Origin: Yuukianura sp. NJ FZ-2021 | Taxonomy: Eukaryota | NCBI GenBank assembly: GCA_046563655.1 | Contig: CM102288.1 | Span: 1,240,001 to 1,304,000, forward strand | Direction of reading: 5' to 3' | DNA: 64,000 bases | Shown here: positions 52,573 to 64,000 of the stretch, in pieces | How the letters are laid out: each line of letters starts with the position of its first letter | Position numbering within the stretch: the stretch's first letter is position 1 | The notes under the pieces: generated by a model | Seen by the model: the letters and a program-made list of their open reading frames with translations, nothing else | The model's database searches: none | Told to the model about the DNA's origin: nothing | Program-made: the position numbers and the translations under genes

Positions 52573-55500
52573 ATGGGTCCGGTGGCTAAAAATGGGAAGG
52601 ATGCTGGTGGAAACACGGCCACTCCTTCCGGTTGGGGATGGGTAGATCAAGTTGCGGAATCTACGACCATTACAAGAAAAGAGCTCTTTAGAGTGTATCG
52701 GATTGTTGGGTACCCAGAGTGTGCTTATGCAAGGTAAAAATTCTGAATTTTATACATCTTATCATTGAATGACATTTGTATTTATTTCTATTTATTTCTA
52801 TCCTTAGAAAACGTCAATGTAAATGCAAAAAGAATCCACATTGTCTATGGGGCTTGGGAGATGTTTCATGGAGATCCAACGAATGTGTCAAAGAAGAAGA
52901 AAGTCAAATTAGAGAGGAAGGGCAGATTGCAGGACTTCTAAATCAAGGACAAACTTGCTACGTTAACTCTCTTCTGCAGTTATGGTTTCACAATCCAATC
53001 CTGAGGTACTTATACAGTTTGGGTTTACAAATCGTATGTTTTCGTAACACAAACCAAACAACATTCCACTATATTTTTGATAGGCCGGCGATTTTAAGCT
53101 GGGAACCTCCATATGGCGTGAGCACAGACGCTAATGCTGTTTATACGCCGGTATGTGCTGTCGGTCATCTGCAGCTGATGTTTGCCAGGATGAAAGCATC
53201 AAAACAAAGGTAAATCAATAGAAAAATTCAGTCGGAAGTTGTTAACACTTTTTAGAACGAAACTTGTTCTTTCTAGGACCATCAATACTGCATCCTTCGT
53301 AAATGCATTGGGGTTGGATCCGGGACAGCAACAGGATGCCGAAGAGTTTGCAAAGTTACTGTTGAACTGTGTCACCCAACTTCTGGAAAATTCGTACCAA
53401 AATTCCGGAATTAGTCGTATTTTTAACACATGTTTCACGGGAGAGACACAGTTTCAAACCACTTGCGAAAGATGCCACAACGTGACTTTAGGCCGCACCG
53501 AAGAATTCAATGAATTGCAGCTTTCCGTTATGGCTACACTGGACGATTCATTTCGACATTACTTTAGTGAAGAACGCTTAGAAAAGGATAATCAGTACTT
53601 TTGCAACAACTGCATGCAGAAGCAAGACGCAATCAGGAAAGTGAGATTACTCAAGCTTCCTCATGTGCTAAACATACAGTTGATGCGATTTGTCTATGAT
53701 CCGTAAGTAATCAGACAAGTATTTTTTCCAATTACATTACGAGTTCTTGCATGACAAAATTCGCCAATTTTTCAATATTATTTTCAAGGGCTGCTAAGGA
53801 AAAGAAGAAGGTTATGAAGTGCATTGCGTTTCCAGAGGTGTTGGATATGACTGGATACCTTCATTCTGACGGAAGTGGGGCTGGTGGGAATGGCGAGTGT
53901 GCTGCCAGTACAAGATACAATTATATTCTAAATGCTGTTTTGATTCATCATGGAAATCGGGCTTCATCTGGCCATTATACTTGTAAGTTCGTCTCCATAT
54001 TTCTTTAGAATCTTTCAAGTTTGAAGTTTGTGAACGATCATTCTTGCTTCCAGCTCACATCAAAGACCCGGCCACTAATTGCTGGATGGAGTGTAACGAC
54101 GATAAAGTGGCGGAGGTCAACAACAAAAGTCATTCCGAAAAACTTGTCATCAAAGCAGAAGGTACTGTTCAGTTACTAATTGCTTTTGAGTTTGTAAATG
54201 AAAACGTTTCCTTCATTCTTCCTTCCTTTAGAAACTACAGAAGGTGCAGAGTCTCAATCCGTTTCAGAAGCTAGTTCCACATTAAAGTCCAGAGGAGCCT
54301 ATATGCTCGTTTACACGCGCCAGGAACACTTTTCCAAGTTTGAAGATCCAGAGCTTCCAGGCCATATTTCAGAAGTGATCAAGTTCGAGGATGCATTATT
54401 TGAAAGTAAACAGCACTCAGAGAAACTTGCCAAGGAAGAAGAGACTTTGAAACGTTCCCAGCGTCATTCTGAAGTTATGTTACTCTATGAACCGAAGTAT
54501 CCTCCGCCTGATCCTGAAGTAGAAGAAGAATCTCAGGGAGCCGAAGGAAGTGACTCTGAAGTTAAGATCATTTGCACTAAACCACCAGCGGCACAACGTC
54601 CACCGATTGATGTCAACTCAATTGATTTCATTTCAACAGCGTGGTTAGAACGTTGGTTAGCATTTGATCCAACTGAAGAGCTTCCTCCAATTTCAAACGA
54701 AGACATCATCTGTCGACATGGGAAACTTCGACCACCAAGAAAAAATGAGCCAAACGTACTTTACAAAATCATTCCGTCCAATGTCGTAAGTGGCTAAAAA
54801 TCAATAAACATAACTTTATTTTGTCAACTTCACAATTTTTTGTGCTCTTTAGGCCGAAGTCTTGTATCAACGATATACCGGACATAGGTTGTCTGGTGAG
54901 GCAGCTCTTTGTACTGAATGTGTCACAGCACATTTCAACTATTTGGTTGGCATTAACAAGTTAGAGGAGGATGCTAAAGTTGTCGCTGAAGCTGTCAAAG
55001 TCTGTGACCAAGAATTCGAGAAAAATGGGAAAAGATTGACCGATGCCTTTCATGGTAACAAGTTCCTGATAGGGAAAGAGTCTTTGAGAGACTGGCGAAA
55101 ACATGCGAAGAAGCTGATCGACCAGAAAGAACGGTTTGAGATCGATGGAATCACTAGTAATGAAGGTGAAGATCAGTGGAAAATGAACCAAGAGTTGACA
55201 TGTGTCCATGGTAAGTTCTGTTAATTAGTAATTGAATGATTAATCGTAAATTAAGTGCCTGTGGGTATTAAACTTACAGGAAATCTGACCATCAATCGTG
55301 CCGTGAGGAGGCGAATTCAACTTCCTGGATATATGATTCTCACCAACTACTTCCCTAATGGCGTTTGGTATGGATCTGGAGAGTCCGACTGTGACATATG
55401 TTTGGTGAGTTTAATTTCATTATTTTACAGTGTTCAAGGCAATGAAGGCCCTTGATTCAAGGGCCCCCTTAAAGGGAAGGAGGGCCCTTCACATCAAAAA

Positions 55501-58500
55501 ATGATAACTTTTGATGATTTCGTAACATGATTTGGATTTGTTGGGCTGACAGGCGTTAGAACAAAGCAACGCAGCAGTCTTTGAGGGCTACAAACAGTAT
55601 GCTCAAGAAGAGAAAAACAAAATGTCTGATTTGTTCCGAGGTTGCAACAGACCAAATACTTTGTCCATCGGTACATTTTGGCTTGTTCCCACTACATTTA
55701 TAAACACATGGAGAAATTTCGTGAGGTAAGAAAATACTATTTCTAAAATAAGACCATGATTCGGTCTTTCCTCGGATTATGATAAAGTTGGAATTTAATT
55801 TACAGGAATCCCGTTTCTGAACCTCCAACGCATATCCCAACGATTGAGCTGCTTTGTGATCTTACTAATTGCGGATGTACTGAGCCACGATTGAAGTATC
55901 CATTCACGGCACTGCTAAATGAGCGTAATAATGCTGTGGTAGAGGAAGACATTTTGTAAGTGGAGAAACATAGTATTTGTGGATAATTTTGCTTTTTTGA
56001 AATGTGAATCCTTGTTCACTACTTGAACGAAAGTTTGAAAGATTGATTTCCATTGTGTAGTGAACATGTGGCGATGATTCGGAAATTGGAAATGGACGTT
56101 TTGTGTGAAAAAAGATCTAATGATGTTCTGGTGAACGTTACAATTGTGGAGGATCGGAATGATCGTCGTAACAGAAGAAAGTACAGTCACAATATCGGTG
56201 AGTTTTGGTTTTACTAGCTAATTTAGTTTACATTTTCATAAATATGACGAATAATTGTTTCAGAAATATGTGAACAATCTGCTTGGGAATGGATAAAGTC
56301 TGTTGTTGAACAAAGATTTATCTATGAAGATGATATCATCATAAGGAAGTGTGACAATGAAGAGGAAATGCTGCTGGACTCGAGTTCAAATGGGCATGAC
56401 ATTGACTCAGACGAAGTAAGTCAAAAGCCGGAAGTCGATAAAAGTAATTTCGAAATTGATATACTAAATTTCAAAATTTTATTTGAAGGTGCCTTCGAAA
56501 GTTTTCCGGGGAGACAACGATTTGCAACTTCGTCGGAGCGTTCGACGCCGTCCTAGTCGCTACGACCACAAGTACAAAATCCATTCTTCCTTGATCATAC
56601 GAGACTTTCAGATAAGTGATGTAAGTGATTCAAAATTTCGAAATTCATCAGTAATTCTTGTTTTAAAAAAATAATTTGATGTTCCATTTTTTTCCAGCTC
56701 TGCAAAGACATGAACGCAGGACTGTCCGATCAGCACTTGTTTTTCAATGGAAAAGAACTCAATGAAGACGAGAGACGCAAGAGTTTTGCGGAACTTAGGA
56801 TTGCTCGTGGATCTGTTTTGTATCTGACGGTAAGAATTTAATTACTTTTAGCACGAATTCTGAAAGGAATGTGTATTCAAAGTGTTAGTTTAGGTGTTAG
56901 AAGTTGAAAATTGAAAGTTTTCAACTTGGCGGTTGAACATGGTACAAAAACTACCCGCTTTTCGCTTACCAAATTCACAACTGAAATGCGGGTTTTATTT
57001 TATTTTTTTATGTGTGTTTCAAATGACCGACCGACGTGATTATGTCTCTATTAGGCACATTTTGGCCTGAGAACTTAAAGTGTTGGCGATCGATCCAGTT
57101 GAACCAGTTTGCCCATTACTTTACAGCATTATTGATATTAAAGTACCCATAATTATAACCTTTCAATTTTTAAAAAATGTTTAATGCATCGATTTAAGAT
57201 TCCAAAAGTTCTGGGAGTCGCCACCACAAGTCTGACTTCTCTACGGTTAAATTTTTGTTAACAAAGTATTCGGATGCCAAAATTTTGAAGATGATTTTGA
57301 TCCTGCCTAAAAAGGAAGGAGATGAGGTCAGTTTTGACAGTTGAAGTGCAGTTTATTTGTTGCGAAATTTTGAAAATGGAGAGAGCGGAGTCTGTTGCTC
57401 TGTAATTAGTAGGAAGATTCATTGATAGAAACTGGACTGGAAGGGGGTGTTGACTTGGAACATTTTAAGGACATGGGTAATAAAAAGTGAAGCCTCAAGT
57501 GGAGTCACTTCATTTCGGGAAATTGCTTTAAGAATTTCCATCACTTTAAAGTTCTTTTTTAATGATGCGTTTTCTCTGGTTATGATTTTTGCAACAGATA
57601 ATTATTGACATCCAAATTCTGAACGTAGTTTCAGAAACGGTTTAAGTTTTCTTCTTACGTATCTTTGGATATAAAGTAAAAACGAACTTTAATTTCATTT
57701 TAAATGGACTCGGTTTTAAGGATTTAATAACCAAGGACAACTTCTGTACTTTTGTAACATTCGAAATGATCATGTCGTAAAATGCATAGATTTTTGTTCA
57801 AAACGCACAAAACTACGTTCATACTTTGTAGTGGAGCGGAAAATAATTCTTAGCGTACGCCTGTGAAGTTATAAAAAACAGATTTTTAATTTTGGTTTTG
57901 CAAAGTACGAAAAAAGTTGTCAATTTTTTTTCCTGGTTTTGCCAATTAACGCGTAATTTATTACTCTACGCGTTAATTGTATCGGTGACAATTTAGGAGC
58001 GGACGCTTGATTTATACCAATTGATTTTAATTCAACATTTTTAATAGGCTTCCCGGTTTTTTATGACCTTCTTTTGTAGTACAAAAAAAGTACAGAAAAT
58101 ATGAATTCGAAAAGTGGTTTTTGGCCAGAAGCATTTGCTCCTGTTTGTGTTTTTTTTGTCTTTAATCTGTTTCTTTTGTGTTGGGTGATTTGTTTGATTG
58201 TTCTTTTGACTTTTGAAAGTGCTACTACTTTGATAAAAGTAAAAAAAAAATGATTGAGTCACATTTTTAAGGAATTGAATTCAAAAAGGAGCCAAGTTGA
58301 AGATGAGTAAGAAGACGCGTAGTTGTTGGTAATTTGGTTTAAAAAGTGAATATGTTGCGGCATCCAGCATCTCTCTGTAATATTTCATCTGGTTTTTCGT
58401 CTTTTGAAGAACATATGTCTGAAGGAGGAGGCATTAAGAACGTATCTCCCTCTCTCATCTGCTCTCATCTTCTGGTTCCCACGCTTTAAAAGAATCTGTA

Positions 58501-59143
58501 ACCACTGGGATTAATTCCTCCTCTTTCGGCTATTTCGTGGCTCCAACATTTTTGGTTGGTGAAAACCAAAAACTGTGAGGAAAAGTGTACGAATGTGGTT
58601 GGATTGTCATAAAATTCCACAATCACATGTGGAACTACTGGTGTCGGTGTTTTATGTTTCTGCAAAGGCGCATGAGTATGAAAATGTTCAAAATTGTTTT
58701 AAATTTGGAATTTGAATTTTATTTTAGATTGATAAACCAACTGTGAATGGAAATTCGTCCAAAGGAGAAAGGGAAGAGACGCCGCCAAAATCAGCACAAG
58801 TAGAAAGAGGCTTCAGTGGTAAAAACTAAAAACACAAGAAAACGAAGAAAATCAGGAATTTCAAAATTTTGAGATTTTTTTTAAACTTTTTTTTTTGTTT
58901 ACAGGTACGGCACTGCTGAGCTCGTCTTTTCAGCCACCAAGAACTGTATCGACACCGTTCAGTTCTCCACTGTCTGCAATTCACTCTCCATCGGCTCCAC
59001 CTTGGACTCCAGACTCAGATTCTTCTGCGACCGCGCTCAATACGACAATGATAGCAACGGAATTGGAACCACAACTAGAGGATATGGAAGTGGACCCACC
59101 AGAAGAATTTATATTGGGAGATTTGGGAGCACACGAAGATTGA
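52573..59143 (+). CDS. USP48: Ubiquitin carboxyl-terminal hydrolase 48 (USP domain, DUSP-like region, C-terminal ubiquitin-like domain), ~1151 aa; 17 exons
   Basis: Exons 52573-52733, 52808-53005, 53084-53209, 53277-53702, 53789-53982, 54054-54161, 54232-54785, 54853-55210, 55280-55404, 55553-55725, 55806-55955, 56061-56197, 56264-56415, 56489-56620, 56698-56829, 58728-58818, 58905-59143 (3456 nt). USP48-type N-terminal CKKNPHCLWGLG, Cys box GLLNQGQTCYVNSLLQLWFHN, QQQDAEEF, His box AVLIHHGNRASSGHY…WMECNDDKV, SRGAYMLVY, Ubl DQHLFFNGKEL, and ERGFSGTALL. Confidence 0.9.
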
Positions 59144-60105
59144 ACAATTAACTGCTAAATTGACTTAACTTAACGAATTGTGTCGCTTGGAGGCAGAAGT
59201 TTGCCAAATCTCAAAAGTTTTTTTTGTAATGAACTCACCGAATCCTTTCTCCTTCCGAGCGAAATGCATGAGAACTCGGGATTTCCGTGTTCCATCATGC
59301 TTTAAACTTGAGTATTAATTTAACAAGGCTCAAGTGAGTATATTTTCTTTACCATTTCTTTTTCAATTTCGTTTTGTAAAAAAAAATTCAAGTATTTTAG
59401 AGTTTACATTTTCAGGAGCTAAGAAGGCTCATTTAATCATAATACTGTGCCTCAGTGGTTTACCGGTTTGCCGATACCAGTTCCGTGTACCGTTTACCGG
59501 TTTAGAATCAACGATCAAAATTTTGTTAGCTGCGAGTATATATTTAGTGAATTTGGAATTAGATCTTAGGTGAAAGTAATTTTTGGCAAAGATTTGTGAT
59601 CCCATTTGATTTCATAAATAAGGTGCGCGTTCTCAATTAATTTGAAGAAAAATGTCGTTTATTCTAAGGATTTTTGAAAGTTAGGCAATAAATTATGAGC
59701 AGAGTTAAAATTTAGTTTAACTGTTCAAAATTAACAGTCAAAATTACGGTACGTTCAAAATTTTGAGATTGATTGAAGACGCACGCGTCCGTCGTGAGTC
59801 AAGGAAATTCGTTTTGTTATTGTAATTTTTGAAAACAAAAAAATTTTGGGTAAAAAAATTTGACGAGGCCTTCTGGCAGAAGCGTGTAATTCAGTGACAA
59901 ATCACCGCATTGCAGGAAATACTAGCACATTCTCGTGTCAATTGCTTATCAACTTCAATCAGTGATCCAATCAACACTTTTCACACCTAACATAACAAAA
60001 ACAGCATATTTTTTATTAATATAAAATAATATACATTGCATTTATACAAATTAGCACACTGCTACACTTAAAGATTTAGTTTTTCAGTGATGGAGATGTT
60101 TAGAC

Positions 60106-60663
60106 CGTAGCAGGTCATAGCCGCCAATCCAAAAGCGGCCAATCCCATAGGAGCCAATCAATAGCGGCCAATTTCTAAAGCGGCCAATCCCTTAGCGGCC
60201 AATCCTAAAGCGGCCAATTTCTAAAGCGGCCAATTTCCAAAGGCGCCAATTCCTTAGCGGCCAATCCTAAAGCGGCCAACGTCAATAGCCGCCAATTTCT
60301 AAAGCCGACAAAACTAGAAACGAGTTTTAATTTAATCAGGTTAGGTTATTTAGGTTGTGTTATGCTTGATTAACCTAGGTTAGGTTTGGTTAGGTCACGT
60401 TAATGTGAATTACTACGTAGGGTGATTACCTTAAGTTATAATCAGCAGTTTCTAATTTTGTCGGCTTTAACTATTGGCGGCTATTGACGTTGGCCGCTTT
60501 AGGATTGGCGGCTAAGGAATTGGCGCCTTTGGAAATTGGCCGCTTTAGAAATTGGCCGCTTTAGGATTGGCCGCTAAGGGATTGGCCGCTTTAGAAATTG
60601 GCCGCTATTGATTGGCTCCTATGGGATTGGCCGCTTTTGGATTGGCGGCTATGACCTGGAACC
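60106..60663. mobile_element. Foldback MITE (558 bp): long near-perfect inverted arms made of ~15-bp gcggccaat tandem units, TTAGG-rich core, 8-bp TSD (Mutator/foldback-like)
   Basis: Arm 60111-60310 (caggtcatagccgccaatcc…) is the reverse complement of ~60457-60658 (…ggattggcggctatgacctg). The outermost tips are mismatched (cgtag / gaacc). The core contains aggttaggttatttaggtt…taggttaggtttggttagg. gtttagac is repeated at 60098-60105 and 60664-60671. Confidence 0.9.
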
Positions 60664-62702
60664 GTTTAGACAACTTTTTTTTTTAAATTTCGAAAATTGT
60701 CACTTTTTGATGGATTTCACGGAAATTTCATCACTTAACTCCTTAATATCTCAATTATAATCGAAGTCCATTTTCTTTTTAGTTTACTTTTAAAATGCCT
60801 TTTTTGCGTTTAGATTTCATAACTTTTCGCTCTATTTTTTTCTTCCTCTAAAGTTCCATTAAGTTTTATAATGAGCCCTTTGCATGTTTCTGTACTTCTC
60901 TCACGCTTTTAACTTTTTTCATTTTTTCTAACTTTTTTTTTCGAAATGAAAAAACGAAGAGAGCGAAATGATTCATTTCTGAGGTTTTAAAAAGCTTCTT
61001 CCTCCTTCTTCCTTCAAAATTGTATTGTTTAGGAGGAGGACTCTATTTTGTGCAAAACACTTGCGAATTCCGTTGATGCGCAAGAATTTTTACATCAGTG
61101 TGCCAAAATTCCCTTGCAAAACTTTAAAAACTTTTTTTTTTTTGCAGCAGGTACATATGTAATGTGTAAAGTTGCAAATTTAAATTGAGGATGAAAATCA
61201 GGGCGGAGCTTTTAAGATGAAAAGAGGAAGATGACGAACCTGAAAGATGTGTTTGCCAGCAGCATCCTTCTTTTTCCTTTGCAATTTGAAAACTTTTGCT
61301 CAAAAGACTATAAATTGTTGAGACTATAAAGTCATTAGCACCCATCTTTTTTCTACACAACATGCGTCACCTAAGTGGTAAAAACCACTCGGGAAAATGT
61401 TTCATAATTTGTACAAAAACCAAAAAAATTTAAGATTTTTTTGAGAATCGAAATAATTTTTGACATTTTACAGGTTGAATGTTTTGTCAATGTGTTTCAG
61501 AAGGGTGAAATTGAGTTTTAAAATTTTCTTTGGTTTTGACGATGTGTTTGGTTACATTTTTCGTACAAATTTTGACTGTTCATGCGGAACCAATGGCGGA
61601 AGGTACCTTTAATGTAAGTAAAGTGTGTGTTTGGATTTTAAAGGAAAAGGAACAACGGACTTTTTGATAAATTACGAACAGGAATTTCAAAATTCACCGC
61701 CACCACGGCTTTAGTGTGGAAAAATGTACAAACCAAAAACCTTTACGATGATTGCTTTCATCGTGGTTTGTTTTAAAGTCATTTTGAGTCCAATTCCAGC
61801 GTCTTTGGTTCAATGAACGCCTTAATGCAATGAAGCATCTTCCCACCAGATCCTAATCACTGTTTCTGCAAAACAGGAAAAAACAATGAAAACCAAAAAC
61901 AGAAAATCCTACTTCAAAATTCAAAATCAAAACCAAAAACGTAAAATTCCATTTTCTTTCTACAAAGTTTTTCGTAAAACTAATATTGTAACCTCCAAAA
62001 CTAAACAAAATTGTAGCTTAGATTTTCGAGGAAAATAGCAAAATGTACGTAAAAAATTCTATGAGTTGATTTTTTTTTGAAAACAGAAATTGTAGCAGTG
62101 CTGAAAAAATTTTGATGGGTGATTTTGGTCACACTTTGGAAAGGGCGGGAGAGAACAATAGGTTAGGGAGACGCTGGAGCTGGAGGAAAACAAGCTCCAG
62201 GAGCATCCCGCAGCGATTTGGGATTTCGGAGCATCTTTCAAAGATCCGAAAAAAGTGCTTAAGAGCAGCAGAAGTGTAGAAGTAGTCAGTGTCTCTTTTA
62301 GTCTTAAAAAGTTACAAGATCCTGATCACTTCCTTTTCCATTTGATCGTCAACCGAGAGTGTTTAGGTACTACAAGCACAGATTAATTGTAAAAACCAAC
62401 CCCCAACAAGCACCACTTAAACATAGGCGTCTAATTTTTGTGTTGCAAAAGAAGCCACTTTGGCTTCATTGGTTCCAGAAGCAGAGGCACCGGGCGGGAA
62501 TCATTCTCTTCATCAGTAAAAACCTGAACAACAATTTCATCATTTGGGATTTTTTGTGTTGATTTTCACTTGGTTTGTTCATAAGACGAAGAAGATTTTC
62601 CTCAAGTTTAGTCTTGAGAACTAACTAAAGTGAGAAATTTGAGTAGTTGGTCCACCCCTTGGAAGGCAGTGGATTACCTTTTGAAAGACAATACAACAGT
62701 TG

Positions 62703-62783
62703 TGGTGGTTAGTTGCAGTGGTGGGTTCCATATGTGTAAAAGTTGTGGGTTCAAATCCTAGTCCCACCATAAACAAAAAAAAA
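62703..62783 (+). other. Degenerate tRNA-like / tRNA-derived SINE-head remnant
   Basis: B-box-like GGTTCAAATCC at 62748-62758, potential pairing tggtgg(62703)/ccacca(62764-62769), followed by an A-rich tail. There is no convincing anticodon arm. Confidence 0.3.
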
Positions 62784-63181
62784 GCAGTACAGTATGTGCC
62801 CACTTTCAAAAAAGTAGCATCTTTCTCCTGGCTCCTGCTCTGCAAACAACTAAAAAGCTAATCTTTACAACTCAATTTAACTTTTTTTTGGGAAAATTTT
62901 ATTGTTTTTGGCAAAATTAGGTTATGCTTTTTCCGTTTACTGTGAATTTTTTGTAAACATAACCACAAAACTGAAGCAAATGGAAAGTACATCCACCTAG
63001 CGGAGAAAGTCAAAGAAAGTTTTCTTGTCAAAAAATACCAAAGTGGTGCTAAACAAAAAACTTTGAAAGAAAGTTGAACAAAAAGTGAAACTTTTTTTGT
63101 AAAACAAAATGTGGTAACAAGTGAATCCTTCAGTGATTAAAATTCGAAGCTTTAATTTTTCAAAATTTCAAAATTTTGAAA

Positions 63182-63439
63182 ATGTATCCATGGATCAGAG
63201 ATGCAGCGGCTGCTGCTGCTGCTGCAGCGGTTGGCTTTACTAGTCCTCACCATCACCATCACCCCTTTCACCATCATCCTTCCATGGTCACAAGTCCACA
63301 CAACAACGGATCTGCTCAACATAGTATTGTAGTGACCAACATGAATGGAGGCGGGAAAGGTGAGAATGGCTACCACCATACTGTCACTGGACAGTCCATG
63401 AACGACTGCATGATGGCACTCGACTATGTCCACAATAAG
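63182..63439 (+). CDS. First coding exon (partial gene) of a probable transcription factor with a YPW motif, polyAla and polyHis
   Basis: ATG at 63182 gives MYPWIRDAAAAAAAAAVGFTSPHHHHHPFHHHPS…GKGENGYHH…SMNDCMMALDYVHNK, ending at a strong phase-0 donor AAG|gtaaga (63439/63440). The rest of the gene lies beyond the window and I do not recognise the family. Confidence 0.65.
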
Positions 63440-63458
63440 GTAAGATCAACAGTCATGT

Positions 63459-63550
63459 CAGTGTTGGCTTTTCCCCGGGGATTTGATGCTCTCCCCGGGA
63501 AATTGGGGTTATCCCCAAATCCCCGGGGATTTGGGGATTATTGGGGCTCT
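63459..63550. repeat. cccc/gggg palindromic repeat cluster, probably the end of a DNA-transposon-derived element
   Basis: Starts cagtgttggcttttccccggggatttg and includes the palindrome ccccaaatccccggggatttgggg (63513-63536). It is followed by an extremely AT-rich block at ~63700-63920. No partner terminus is visible in the window. Confidence 0.4.
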
Positions 63551-64000
63551 GGCGATGTTTTGTACAGCGCATGCGCAGCGTCTGCGCAAACCCAGAATTC
63601 AGTGTAGCTCCACCCAGAACATTCCCACACTCCACCCCGTTTTGTTCTTTGTTGTTATTCATCGTCATTAAACTTTTTAATTTGATTCCGGCGTTGACTA
63701 TTTTATATTAAATATTATTTATAATATATAATATAATTATTTTATATTATTTATAGTATATTATAATACAATTATTATTACTTTATAACTACGTAGAATA
63801 TAAAAGGCTAAGTCTAACGATATTTATAATGTCTGTAATATAATATGTACATATATTATTATATAATTTGTAATATAATAAATATAATATATTTATACAT
63901 AGTATATAATATAAAATATTCAATGCCGGACGTTTAGAATCCCATTATATCCCTGGTATAATATCGAAAAACACAAAAAAAAAGTCAGCCATTTTGGATA

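Noticed and set aside
55440..55495. gggccc/aaggg palindromic stretch in a USP48 intron
   Set aside because: Short, with no TIR/TSD pair. Probably a repeat remnant.
57250..57425. Minus-strand NLPTNYRATDSALSIFKI, reminiscent of the LINE RT 'NYRPISLL' motif
   Set aside because: The match is too short and the flanking RT motifs are absent.
6631..59143. Gankyrin plus USP48 as a ubiquitin-proteasome gene cluster
   Set aside because: They are 45 kb apart with unrelated genes between, so the co-location is uninformative.
60111..60658. Regularly spaced gcggccaat repeats as a possible CRISPR array
   Set aside because: The context is eukaryotic, there are no unique spacers or cas genes, and the units form inverted transposon arms.

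Overview
Eukaryotic, AT-rich, intron-containing invertebrate DNA. It is most likely an arthropod; the compact introns and repeat style resemble Collembola, but the species cannot be established from sequence alone. I assembled six complete spliced genes by hand, with GT-AG boundaries and consistent phases: (1) an uncharacterised secreted protein with a catalytically altered caspase/legumain-like fold (+, 1903-5200); (2) gankyrin/PSMD10 (+, 6631-7848); (3) an 18-exon wide awake/ANKFN1 gene (-, 8535-30002); (4, 5) two tandem inward-rectifier K+ channel paralogs (+, 39583-44283 and 48982-51790); (6) USP48 (+, 52573-59143). The first coding exon of a polyAla/polyHis probable transcription factor starts at 63182. 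Several non-autonomous DNA transposons (MITEs) with terminal inverted repeats (TIRs) and target-site duplications (TSDs) are also present. I saw no prokaryotic-type systems (CRISPR, operons). The best leads are the secreted pseudo-protease, the Kir pair with opposite rectification residues, a stop codon that may double as a splice acceptor to swap a PDZ-ligand tail, and a MITE inserted into and duplicating a Kir splice donor. None is demonstrated to be novel without database searches.
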